A DNA stretch of 63,262 nt, the filler included, from Globobulimina sp. (Eukaryota), in assembly GCA_003354225.1 (NCBI GenBank). It is 22 parts of 22 records of this genome, joined end to end, with 100 filler letters (N's around TTAATTAATTAA, not from the genome) between each part and the next. Parts side by side here need not be neighbours in the genome. Positions count along the whole stretch, not along the records: positions 11,533 to 14,314 come from PIVH01004911.1; positions 14,415 to 17,196 come from PIVH01004912.1; positions 17,297 to 20,078 come from PIVH01004913.1; positions 20,179 to 22,960 come from PIVH01004914.1; positions 23,061 to 25,842 come from PIVH01004915.1; 17 more parts are not named here. One strand, 5' to 3'. Below are positions 11,600-23,396 of the stretch, piece after piece (the stretch's first letter is position 1; each line of letters opens with the position of its first letter). Below the pieces are notes generated by a model, which was given only the letters and a program-made list of their open reading frames with translations, was not told the DNA's origin and ran no database searches. The translations under genes and the position numbers were made by a program.

Positions 11600-12667
11600 C
11601 TAATGGGGAGAGATACATTGTATGAAATGCTTTAAGCAAATCAGCCAATATATATATTGATTAAATTCATAATGACGCAGCAGAGTGCTGCTATACTCTT
11701 CATCGCCCACTGTATAATATATTATCATATTTGATATATCAGTGGGAATATTACTTTTCGCCAATTCTATATTAATGTTAGATGATATTTCCTCTGTTTC
11801 AAATTTGCCAGGCATGCACTCTGAGATATATTGCAAATAACATATCAAAATATTTTCTCTATTCTTTTGTTGAGTGCTTTCTTTTTCTTCGATGAAGATG
11901 CCGCAAATGTATCCATCAATCAGTTGATTTAAATTGGTTCTGCAATCATGCAAAATTAAATTGGTTCTGTAAAGAAGATGGCAAAACAAACTGTACTGTA
12001 CATTTGTGATTGCAATATTGAATAACAATGGATATTCCTTTAAAATCTTTGTTCGTTGTTCAAGAGAAGATTTTTTTATCATAAACTCTGTAAATGTAAA
12101 GTATTTTAATTTTAATGCCATTTTGAAAGGGGAATTGTTGGATTTATTTGTTTCAAAAAAACTGACTGTATATCCATGTTTAAATATCGTCTCAATGACT
12201 TTACAATTTTCGCCATGAAACATCGAAAGCAATATTAAATTATTGCCATGTTTATCTTTATATGATATCAATTTATAAAGGCTGGCAACATTATGCTTTT
12301 CGTAATATTTAAAAATAAATTCAAACAAATCAAAATATTGGGGCTTTTTTACCATAGTTTCAAGCAGGCTTTGCCCCGTTTTATCTCGTTCATAAATATC
12401 TATTTCATAGTGCTTAAAATTGAAAAGCGTATTCATAATATTTAAATAATAAGCACTAAGTCCATATGTTTTTTTGTCCGTTACAAGATACCTAATTAAT
12501 AAAATATCTTCTATCTTTTGATTTGGATTTGCACCATTTGATAAATAGTGGATTAAATTTTGTTTAAGTTGATTAAACGTTGTGTTGCCTCCAAAAAAAC
12601 CAAGTGCACAATCTTTGAGTTTATCATCAAAAACCTGTGTTTTGTTGACTTTTGTTCGCGAAGCCAT
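11600..12667 (-). CDS. Ankyrin-repeat protein with a C-terminal F-box-like motif
   Basis: LSNGANPN, DKTGQSLL, DKHGNNLI, NKSNNSPF ankyrin-like repeats; NIPTDISNMIIYY near the C-terminus. Confidence 0.7.
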   Translation of the reverse strand: MASRTKVNKTQVFDDKLKDCALGFFGGNTTFNQLKQNLIHYLSNGANPNQKIEDILLIRYLVTDKKTYGLSAYYLNIMNTLFNFKHYEIDIYERDKTGQSLLETMVKKPQYFDLFEFIFKYYEKHNVASLYKLISYKDKHGNNLILLSMFHGENCKVIETIFKHGYTVSFFETNKSNNSPFKMALKLKYFTFTEFMIKKSSLEQRTKILKEYPLLFNIAITNVQYSLFCHLLYRTNLILHDCRTNLNQLIDGYICGIFIEEKESTQQKNRENILICYLQYISECMPGKFETEEISSNINIELAKSNIPTDISNMIIYYTVGDEEYSSTLLRHYEFNQYIYWLICLKHFIQCISPH

Positions 12668-12739
12668 CTTGCGGAGGACTACTTTTTTAATTTTGATAAA
12701 AAAAAGAGCCAAAGTGACTTTGAAAGTGTCACATTTGAA

Positions 12740-12925
12740 AGAAGTAAATAGTGTAAATTGGGAATATCAAGTAACAGATAAAAAATGGAAGACGTATCCA
12801 AAAGTATCTCTTTGTTAATTGAAAACAAAAAAATTCTAAGATAAAAATCCATTCATTGCAGTTTGATTTACAAAATAATGGAGTGTCAATGATTCGGTCA
12901 TCAAATAAATCCAAGACAAAACCAC
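12740..12925 (+). pseudogene. Possible degraded WWE-domain gene
   Basis: VNWEYQVTDKKWKTYPK followed, after a frameshift, by ISLLIEN; stops downstream. Confidence 0.3.
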
Positions 12926-13473
12926 TGAGTTATATTTAAAAATAGCAAAGTGATTCCACACAAAAAAGAAGTGAAACCAACTCTTTTTAACAAATGCCAG
13001 TGATCGTTGGTGCGATTGCATTGCAATTGGGAGGGATTAGGGATATCAATTACAAAATGTAATGATATCAAATGATAATGATTTATCGTGTGATGCAGAA
13101 AAACTTCTATGGGAAGTATGACTACATCAGGTAATGTTGATAAGATAATGAAGTTGGTAAAATAAAACATTTTTTGGAATATTACCGACAAGATTATATA
13201 CTGAATTTGGATAAAATACTATAATAAAATGAAACTAATTTGAATCGTATCTTAATTTTTGCTGACCAATATTTCTTAATTATCTGCGTTCAAATGGTAG
13301 CTGATGCAACAAAATGATTCAAACATTTCATAATTGTAATTCCGAAGTTAATGAATTCTAATTTTTGATATCTTTTCTCTTTTTTTCTTAACAGCGCATT
13401 TTTTGTTTCAAATTCAAACATAATACAATTTGATAAATCCAATACAAATTATACAAATCGAATCGATATCAAT

Positions 13474-14314
13474 ATGAAGATTCAACTTATTACACTCATT
13501 GTTATTGCGTTGATATCAATCGCATACAAAAATACATTCACGAATTCTGATAATAATTTGGTATTTTTAAAAGGAATTGCTAGTCAAAGAGCAAAGAATT
13601 GGCAGCTAACATACAAAGGTCAACCATGGAACACTCCCCAGCATGCAACGTTAATGGATTATTTGCATGCTACTTATAATATCATTAAAATATTATGCGG
13701 TCAAAGTTACAGGAAAACTGTAGTTCATAATGCTAGAGTACAGAATTTAACATTTGAAATAAATGGATTTATGTTGATCCAAAATCAATCAGTTAGTGAT
13801 ACTCATACACTAAATGAAGCTGAGTATGAACGCCATATAATTAATTTAATGCAGCAAATATTTCCAACTTCAAAACAAATTCATTTTGTAAATTCACTGT
13901 ATCGAGGTACAGATAAAAATGGTCCTATTGATTATATCCATTTTGATGTGTTAGCAACACGAGAGAGTGTTGCTGAGTCAACTTTTTACAGACCGTATTC
14001 TGATTTAATTTTATCTAATCATACAGTATGGGCTATTGGTATATGGAAACCATTTCAAATGCAAACTAATGTATGTAAAGATTCTCTGGCTTTACTGGAC
14101 AGTAACAGTTTTTTAAAAGAAGACATTGTGAAATTATCTAAAGATTATGTAACGTTATCACCTAACGGAACACTGCTTACATCCAAAGGATATGCTGCTG
14201 TAATTGCATATAATCAAAATCAAAGATTTTATTATTATCCCCATCTGAGAAATGATGAAATGATTATTTTTACACATTTCCGGTCAGATACGCTTAAAGC
14301 AACTGCACATGGAT
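13474..14314 (+). CDS. CmcJ/AsaB/NvfI-family Fe(II) dioxygenase-like protein with an N-terminal signal or TM segment (3' partial)
   Basis: VHNAR..TFEINGFML, YIHFD (HxD), IGIWKP..DSLALLDSNS, QRFYYYPHLRNDEMIIF, TAHG (distal His). Confidence 0.8.
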
Positions 14315-14576
14315 NNNNNNNNNNNNNNNNNNNNNNNNNNNNNNNNNNNNNNNNNNNNTTAATTAATTAANNNNNNNNNNNNNNNNNNNNNNNNNNNNNN
14401 NNNNNNNNNNNNNNCTTTTGTGCACGAAGTTTAACCGTACGCCTTTTGATAGTAGTTGTTGTGTGAACAAAATTTCTTCTCGTTGTCATGAGGTAAACTG
14501 TAGTGACTTAAGTGGAAAAACAAAAACTTTTGCTACATATAAAACAAAATTAAATCACTCCTATAGCTATATGCTT

Positions 14577-15365
14577 TCAGCTTGTTTTATCCAGATATTG
14601 GTAACATCGTTTTGGTTTAATGCCATTGTATTTCCATGCATAACATTGTTCAAAAGTAGATATATTATTTCTTATACTTTCCTCCAATTCCGCTAACTGT
14701 GTTGCAAATGACTCATTTGGACATATTATTTTTCTGCATTTCTGCACATAATCACAGCTATTTCTATAGGACATTGTACCAACATCACAAACACTTTTCC
14801 AATCATTGAATCTCTCAATTATATCATTCTTGTTTTTACAGCAACACTTATACGAATTGTAGCATAGACAACATTTCAAGCAGCATATACACCGTTTGCT
14901 ACATGACATTTTCTCAAAATAAAAAGATCGTTTATAGATTGTATCATCGGAGCGGAAAGAATCAATCAATCGAAATTGTTTAATTTTTTGCAACCATTCA
15001 AGATTACTGAAATCAAGCCCTCTTCGCATTAAATACTGGATAACAATGGTGGCAGATCTACTTTTTCCCACTGCACAGTGAACAAACAGTTTTAAATGCT
15101 GATCTTGATTATTTGCATTACGTTTTGGGTTAATTTGATCGATAAATTGTGTGGCTGCATCAAAATATTGTTGGATGTTATATGACGGCGTATCATCCAC
15201 TTTGATCTGTGCATAAACAAAATCATTCGGGAAATAGCATGGTAAATTATCAGAGACATTTAAGATGTGTGTTATTCCTAATTGTGTTAGCAATGCTTTA
15301 TCACTTATATTGATCATATTTCCTAAGTACAGCCATGATGGAATGATCTCGGACGCATCTGGCAT
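14577..15365 (-). CDS. Dual-specificity protein phosphatase with a Cys-rich insertion
   Basis: SEIIPSWLYLGN, LGITHILNVS, VDD acid loop, VHCAVGKSRS catalytic motif, RKIICPNESFATQL. Confidence 0.92.
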   Translation of the reverse strand: MPDASEIIPSWLYLGNMINISDKALLTQLGITHILNVSDNLPCYFPNDFVYAQIKVDDTPSYNIQQYFDAATQFIDQINPKRNANNQDQHLKLFVHCAVGKSRSATIVIQYLMRRGLDFSNLEWLQKIKQFRLIDSFRSDDTIYKRSFYFEKMSCSKRCICCLKCCLCYNSYKCCCKNKNDIIERFNDWKSVCDVGTMSYRNSCDYVQKCRKIICPNESFATQLAELEESIRNNISTFEQCYAWKYNGIKPKRCYQYLDKTS

Positions 15366-15647
15366 GTCATAGTTTGCTATATCAATATTAATATAATGTA
15401 TTCGGGTTACAAAATGACATAAATATATGTACCGAATCGTTTTTTCCAATTTATATTAGAGCATTTTACAAAGTTTGCATCGAATTGATATTTTTCGTCA
15501 TTTGGGTCAATTATTATATCTTGCAACGAATACTTGTTGAATGCAGTATCTTTTATATCTAGCTTGACCTCTGTTTCTTGCATGATATGAGGCGACCTGC
15601 ACGATGTTTTTTGAGTTTTTTGAATTTATCCAAACTAATTGTCGCCA

Positions 15648-17196
15648 ATGGCCGAAGAAACAAGCGGTGGTGATATTAGCAATGACATCGACAATGTATC
15701 TATGAAACCTTTACTAAAACACCCAGCGACCAACTACTACACTGAATTAAAAGACTCTACAACCGTTGCCACTGACGATAAATATGAAGACCTAAGCAAA
15801 TCTGTGCTAGAAACAGCCGCAAGAAGTCAAAGAACAATGTCCAGCACCAAAAAGTCATCAGTTGTATCAGAATTTTTTTCTCAAGCAAAAGCATCAATGT
15901 TTAGGTGGGTTAATCTTTTGTTTCCAATAAATTCATACCAAAAGCCAACTGCTTATAATAATTAGTTCAGGAGTCAATCTTTGTAATTCCAACATTGGTG
16001 CCGGTGTTCTTGGACTACCATTTGCAGTGCGCGATTCTGGCTGGTTAATGGGCATAATATTATTTATAATGTTTTCCTTTCTGACCATCTTCGCATTTAA
16101 TTTATTAATGGCTGTGGGTCATTGTTATCATCGAGAAGGTAGGACCTCATCCTATGCCATTGTATGCAATGACATTGCGCCTCGATTACAAGTAGTGATT
16201 GATGTATGTATTGTATTTGGACATACTTTAACCAATGCTGCGTATTTAATTATCATTGGCGATTCTATGCCGTTAGTTAGCATGCAATTGGCTGGAATGT
16301 CCAGCTCCACACACAGTGATTCTATATTTATAACGCGAGAATTTTGGATTTTGACATTTTTAATTGTCTTAATATTACCGACCACTGCATTGAAAAAGTT
16401 GGATGCATTGCGATTCAGTTCGATGGTTGCAATCGCCTGTTTTATTTATGTGGTCATCATTGTTATAATATTCTTCCTGGTCGACACTGACAGTGTGCAT
16501 ATTGGTGATGGCGAGAAAGGAGAAATCGCAGCATATCCATCCTCTGTTTTCGATTTCTTTAAAGCAGCACCAATTTATATATTTGCCTATGGAGGACATC
16601 AATTAGCCTTTATTCTGACGAACGAGTTATATAATCCAACATTGCGACGCATTAATATTACACTGATAAATACGTTTGGTTTCGTAACTGCAGTGTATGC
16701 CACAGTCGCTTTATTTGGATATCTGACGTTTGGGAACAAAACACAATCAAACATCTTATTAAATTATCCGGATGATAATGTTTTGATTATTATTGTGAGG
16801 ATTGGATTATCAGTGGCCGTGGCTTTTTCATATCCGGTTATAGCGAGTCCTTGGAAAGAATCAATGGCCGCATTGTTATTTGGTGTGGATAAACAAGGCA
16901 AAGATTCAAAAGAATTGGTGTGGTATAAATATTACACTTTGGTTGCAATATTAATATTTTCTACATTGACAATTTCAATGTTAACTGATGATTTAGGAAT
17001 TGTACTTAAAATAGAAGGCGCGACTTCAGGTACTTTCAGTCAAATTATTGCCCCAGGATTAGTATATTATTATTATGATAAGTTACATGCACAGACAATG
17101 CTGGCTAATCCATGGCATAGCTTAAAATGGAAGGGAGCAATATGTTTGATTGTATTTGGATGTATTATGATACCGTTTGGAACAACACTTGTTTTC
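15648..17196 (+). CDS. AAAP/SLC38-like amino acid transporter (intron 15905-15965; 3' partial)
   Basis: Spliced NLCNSNIGAGVLGLPFA motif; about 11 TM helices; FGYLTFG, NILLNY. Confidence 0.92.
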
Positions 17197-17296
17197 NNNN
17201 NNNNNNNNNNNNNNNNNNNNNNNNNNNNNNNNNNNNNNNNTTAATTAATTAANNNNNNNNNNNNNNNNNNNNNNNNNNNNNNNNNNNNNNNNNNNN

Positions 17297-19783
17297 TTCA
17301 AGTTTGTAGAGGTTGGTTATGAATGGGATATTGCGAATGGCAGAATGCGAGTTATCGTAGATCGCTTTTATTATTCTGCAGGTATTGATGGGGATGTTGA
17401 AATTATGGTGGAGTTTGTAAAGGAGTCCTTTCCGCCAAACTGTGTCGAATGCTTTGCAGATATCTAGGGAGGCACAGTAGAGAGGTTTGTGTTTTTGTTT
17501 GCCCGTTTCAGAGATTATGTGCAATGCACCGATTTGTTCAGGCACACCTCTCTTCGCTCTATTACCGCCTTGCAGAATGTGTAGGCTTTTGCGGAAACGG
17601 TGATCTATGTTCATGTGCCATAGGACGAGGCGTTCATATGTTTTGAAGATGATTGGGAGAAGGGTTATGGGTCGATAATGGTTGGGCGTGTTCCCATCCG
17701 GTGTTTTTAGAATGGAAATAACTGAGCCGAGTCGTGAGAAATATGGTATGATATAGGTTTGGTTCCAAACATTGAACAGGATGCACAATAACTTATTGGT
17801 AATGTCACTGTTTAGTTTTAGGTGCGAAGTTTTTATGCCATCGTACCCTGGCGCTGAATTTCCATTTGCAAATTGCAGGGCCATTTCAACAGAGCGATAT
17901 TTTGCATGATCATCATTTGTTGGTGCTTGGTCAGTCGTTGCACTCTCGGGGGATGCACCGGCAGTGGGCATGCCTAACACGACATCATTATCAGAGTCAT
18001 ATTCGTCAGTAACTGGGTGAGTTTCACGGAGTGCACTCTCAATGCGGGCCAATTCATTCATTTCATCTTCATTGCTCTCTTTGTAGTTTGGATCAAAGTG
18101 TGGGATTGAATGGTCTGCATCGGGTTCTCTCCAGTTCTCAAAGCGCTGTGCAGTGGGTTCTGGTATTTTGGGATCATTGTCGCTCTCCTCCGGAGCTGGT
18201 TTATGTGGTATAAAGTGGAGCGCATTTGGCTCATAATTGTGAAGGTTGATGTTGAATTGGTGAATATCTGTGAGTTTATCATTGGAGAGCGGGGAAGGGA
18301 TTGGGCCACTTATTTTTGAGAAGTGATCTGCTAAAGCTTTGTCCTTCGGAACGAGGGCGTCATTATACAGCAGAAACGGTTCATCCTCAATGTAATTGGT
18401 CTTATTGTTCATTGACTTGAACGTTTTTAGTTTTTGGCAATGGGAGAGATTTCCAAATCGAATGGTATTGCGGCGAAGGTTATTTATTTTAACATCTTGG
18501 TAGAGTTTATTGGATTCGCGCAATATTGTTGCACCTATTTTGTATTCTTCATTTGAATTATTGAGTGCGCGCTGTTTTATGTGCAAATTAATGTGATCAA
18601 TGGATGAGTCTGCCCATTTGCTAATTGATTCGAAATCTGACAGGCCGTAGGCTTTGATGGTCGCAAGGTGGATGGAGTACATTATACAAAGTGATATTAT
18701 GTGAGATGTAAAGTTTCGTTCATTTGGGGCGACAAACATTTTAGTGTTGGCCGCAAATCTGGCAATGTGCGGCAGTCTTTTTTCCAGGATTTTGTGATGT
18801 ATTTTTTGCAGTGCATCGGTGGGTTTGTTGTTTCGTAGTACATAGTGTTGGTCCGCGTACGTGACTGCACATTTTGCATTTTTTAGTGCGAGAATTAATG
18901 GTCTATGATCTAGAAAGATCGGATGGGTGTCAACCTTCAGGGATTCAATGGAATGTAGTTTGTCAGTGATGACATAGTCGACAATGGAACCACCAGAATG
19001 GGCTTTGTCTTTCGAAAGGCAGGTTAGGAAATGTGGTGCAAATACTGGATTAGCAATACGTAGGCTGGTGCTGTCCAGCAGGCTTTTCATGTGAGTGTAA
19101 TGCGCATTTGTATTGTGGTCAAGGGTCGCCTGACCCATTCTGGCGTTAAAATCACCAATGACAAACATATTATGGCAGTGCGGCGTGTAACGTTGGATGT
19201 CATCAGTTAGGTTATTATAGAATTTGGTGCTTCTCTCTGCGTTATCAGATTTAAAAGGTCTGGCATAGTTCACCGAGAGATAGGTTGGTTTGGACTGGCC
19301 ATCAAAACAGATTGATAGCCACACAGTATTATGGCCTCTGATTCGCTTTACGTAGTTAATTTTGTTACGTAATTGTCGTTTTTTGTATATTAGTATGCCA
19401 CCTACCTTCGGGAAGTTGTTTGCACGCATTGGCGGCTTGTGGGCGACTAACGAGTAGCCAGGGAGTGACCAAGTGGGTCTGGAAGGGCAACGCGTGTACA
19501 CCATGCATATTATGTCTAGGTTGTGGTGCGTAATGAGTTGTTGCATATATGGGTGAATTAATTGGATTTTGCGTCTGGCGGCACCGTTAATATTCAGAAA
19601 GCCAATTGACAGTTTTTTGAGTGAGATTTTGGTGGCGACAATCGGTTCAGTGCGGGGAGAGTAGTATTGTAGGAATGGGAATTGTTGGATAATGTTTGGA
19701 ATGTCTCGGTCGCGGAAGAGGGAGTTATTTAGGTGGGATTGGATCACTTTGTGGGTCATATACTTTTTATAGTCCATAAGCAC
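17297..19783 (-). mobile_element. Non-LTR (LINE) retrotransposon ORF: APE endonuclease plus RT (3' truncated)
   Basis: FLNING, GDFNARMG, IVDYVI, DHRPL (APE); SAPGYDGI, YRPITLLPIIFKTYERL, LDICKAFDTVWRKGLLYKL (RT). Confidence 0.93.
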
Positions 19784-19916
19784 TATAGGATAGTTTCGGT
19801 GATGTATAATAACTCCAAATTATTCGCTCCAAATCCAAAATCTTGCAGACTACATAGCAACAACTTAATTTCTATAATCTTAAAAATGTCAAAACCTAGC
19901 AACCTATGAATTTTGT

Positions 19917-20035
19917 TCGGATTATATTTTGTACGACCAAACTAATATCAGACGTAGCTAGCTGACATGAAAACGTGTTTCTATCTATTTTCATCGGATT
20001 ATATTTTGTGGCATGAGACAAATAACAGACGTAGC
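19917..20035. repeat. Two-copy direct repeat upstream of the LINE ORF
   Basis: TCGGATTATATTTTGT..CAGACGTAGC at 19917-19958 and 19994-20035 (77-bp period). Confidence 0.7.
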
Positions 20036-20398
20036 AAACTAGCAATAAATAACTGCGACAAAAAGTTCGAAAGCTAGTNNNNNNNNNNNNNNNNNNNNNN
20101 NNNNNNNNNNNNNNNNNNNNNNTTAATTAATTAANNNNNNNNNNNNNNNNNNNNNNNNNNNNNNNNNNNNNNNNNNNNCGTCGCTGTTGCATTTAGTACA
20201 AATATGCGAGCTTCAGTTTAATAACAAGAACAATTTATGAATAATGACATCACAATATTCAACAAAAAAAAATACATTACAACGAAAAGAGAAAAAAAAC
20301 AAAGAAAAAAATAAAAACATTAATTAAAATACATTATCAGTCCTCAAACAAAACTAAAATATGAACACGATTTACAACAAATAATCTCCATATATCGA

Positions 20399-21900
20399 TC
20401 ATTTATATTTGGGTTTAAACTTTTTATTCGATTTGGGCGGTCCATTCACGCCAACATCGCTCATTAGCTTCTCCATAGCGGGGCTGCTCATATTCACGGG
20501 TCGCTTAAAAGTATAGCCCCAGAAATGCGTCTTATCCGTGGCTTTGCTGGGTTTAAATTCGCTGCCTTTCTCCATATCTTGTTCCGCTTCGATCGCATCG
20601 AAATGCGACGAGTCCGTATCACTGGTCAACTGCGGCACGAATGGCGGCTTCATCTTCAATAAGTTGGCAAAGGGCACCTGTTTGAAAAATGGATGGTTTT
20701 TAATCTGCTCAAAGGAGTATCTGCGTCGATGCGAACAGACTAAATTATGGATCAAGTCCACGCCCTCTCGCGACAACTTCGCATCGTGTGGGATTTTGAA
20801 ATACTTCCTATAATGCACGATTTTCCTGCATGTTTGCAGCGGATCTTCGGCATAAAACGGCGGATAACCCACCAAGCACTCAAACATAATCACGCCCATC
20901 GACCACCAATCCACCATCTTATCGTAGCCTTTCTGACTAAACACCTCCGGGGCGATGTAATCCGGCGTCCCCACCGTGGAATACATCAATTTCCGGTCTC
21001 GCTTATACTTCTTCCGCGCATCGCCGCCTTTGGGCGCACTGCCGGCATCGCGGTCTTTCAACGACTGAGACATGGTCTGATATTTGCTGATAACTTGGTC
21101 GTTTTCGGTGTTGAAGGATTTGGCGAGTCCAAAATCCGACAACTTGATATGTCCGTTGTTCGCTATCAAGATGTTATCCGGTTTCAAGTCCCTGTAATAT
21201 GGTGTTGCGAATGTGCGCGTATATGTTTTTTAGAGAGTATGTATGTGCGAATGCGCGTATTTGTGGTATATATGTACCTATGCACAAAATCTAAGTCGTG
21301 TACGGCATTTATAGCGGCGGCCAACTCGGCGATGTAGAATTTAGTTTGGTTTTCAGTTAAGATGTCTTCGCGCATTAAGATGGTCATTAAGTCGCCGCCG
21401 CCGCAGAATTCCATCACTAAATACAAGTAAGTGTCGTCTTGGAAGGAATAGTTCAATTTAACTAACCACAAATTGTCAGCCGCGGCCATCAAATCTCGCT
21501 CCGCCTGGACGTGAGTCACCTGATTCTTGGCAACCATATCTTTTTTGCGCATTGTCTTCATGGCATACGCGACTTTGTCATGTTTGCCGCGGACGATACG
21601 AACCTCACCAAAGGCGCCTTTACCGATTACTTTGACTAAATTGAAATCTCTTAAACTTAATTTTTTTCGACTATCGCGCAATAAATTTCTTTCTTCGTTG
21701 TAATATTTGTTCATAATCTCGTTTTTCTTTTCGTCGTCTAAAGCTTGGTTCTCTTTTAATTTATGTTGCATTCGCAAGGAGCGCAATCGACGTTGGTTCA
21801 CATGGTTGATGCGTCCGGATATGGTGGATTCCACCCGTTTTTTCATTTGTTGCACTTTTTCTAAAGTCTCCTTGCTTGGTTGTTTCGTTGTGTTGGACAT
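20399..21900 (-). CDS. NDR: NDR/STK38-family AGC Ser/Thr kinase (intron 21192-21277)
   Basis: VIGKGAFGEV, HVQAERD, spliced HRDLKPDN, YSTVGTPDYIAPEV, FWGYTF hydrophobic motif. Confidence 0.95.
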
Positions 21901-21962
21901 GTTTGCTATAAATGTGTAACCAAGCGGAGCTAAAAACTTTTCTTCGCAAAACTATAAAAACA

Positions 21963-22960
21963 ATGTCTTCGGTTTTGTTAAATCGTGGCCGGAGGTTAGT
22001 ATATTTCTCCGGTGTTTATGCATCGATGAGTTTCTTTTCTACAACGTCATCAACACCAACATCAGCCTCCATATTTACAAATTATTTGGATAAATCATAT
22101 GCTAATTTTGATGAAATATGTGAACAAAAGAATGATAAAAATGCAACGATGTCGAATGCGTGTAAAATATTGTCAGAATTTGAATGTCGTGCATTATTTC
22201 CCATGAATGATGCAATACGTATTCAAGGCGAGGCATTTGTATCAATGTATAATAATGACACGATAGTTCCAAATAGAATTATATTATCAATGCCAAACTC
22301 ACAAAACAAAGGCGATGATACATTGTTTAAACCGTCTGTAAACAGTCATATTTTGGGTGAAAAAGTTGTATCAGTCCGTCCGGACAATCCAAGCTTATAT
22401 AACTTACCCTCAATCACTGGGTGTATAATATTATGGAACCGTAATAACGGACTAACCAAATGTTTTATGGATGCACAATTTATCACTGGCAGACGCACCG
22501 CAGCAGGATCTGGATTGGCCACTGATTTATTTGCAACAGCAAATGTCAATGTATTGACTGTATTCGGTGCAGGGACACAAGCTTTGGAACACATTCGAAG
22601 TGTATTGACTGTCAGAAATATACCAAATATCATTTACATTGTAAATAGAAGTTTGGATAAAGCTAATGCATTGAAACAGAAATTATTGGATGAAATTAAG
22701 GGTAAAGTAGACATTATAACTATTTCATTGGATGATTTTCAACGCAATGAATCTGATAAATATTGTAAAGTGATAAGTGATGCAGATATAATCTGTACGT
22801 GCACGAATAGTGAAAGTGCATTGTTTGATGGGAACTTATTAAAATACAATGTTCACATCAATGCCATTGGTGGTTATAAAGCAAATATGATTGAATTGGA
22901 TGAAAATGTGATTAAACAATGTTATATATTTATTGATTCAAAACATGCTTTTTATGCCGG
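21963..22960 (+). CDS. Ornithine cyclodeaminase/mu-crystallin family protein with a mitochondrial-type N-terminus (3' partial)
   Basis: KVVSVRPDN..LPSITG, ITGRRTAAGSGLAT, FGAGTQA, ADIICTCT, HINAIGGY. Confidence 0.92.
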
Positions 22961-23396
22961 NNNNNNNNNNNNNNNNNNNNNNNNNNNNNNNNNNNNNNNN
23001 NNNNTTAATTAATTAANNNNNNNNNNNNNNNNNNNNNNNNNNNNNNNNNNNNNNNNNNNNCTCCAATACACCAACAAAAGCCATTCCGTACGCAAGTTGT
23101 TTCGCTCTGTGCCATATTGGGCCGTGGAGAGCCATGAATTTACGGACATAAAAGCGTGTTCTCGACATTCACTTGCTTGTACACTTACGAAATTTCAGTT
23201 AAATGATGACTAGCTCACGAGTTAGACTTGAAACACCACTGGCAGTCTGTTAATATAATTTGTCATTAAAATATACATAATTGGTTCTTTTACAAATCCA
23301 GAGATCAATAACCCAACAAATCTGGGATATATTGGCTCCATAAGTATTATGGAGAATGTATTGCTAAACGGCAATGGAAATTTATGTAATGCACAA

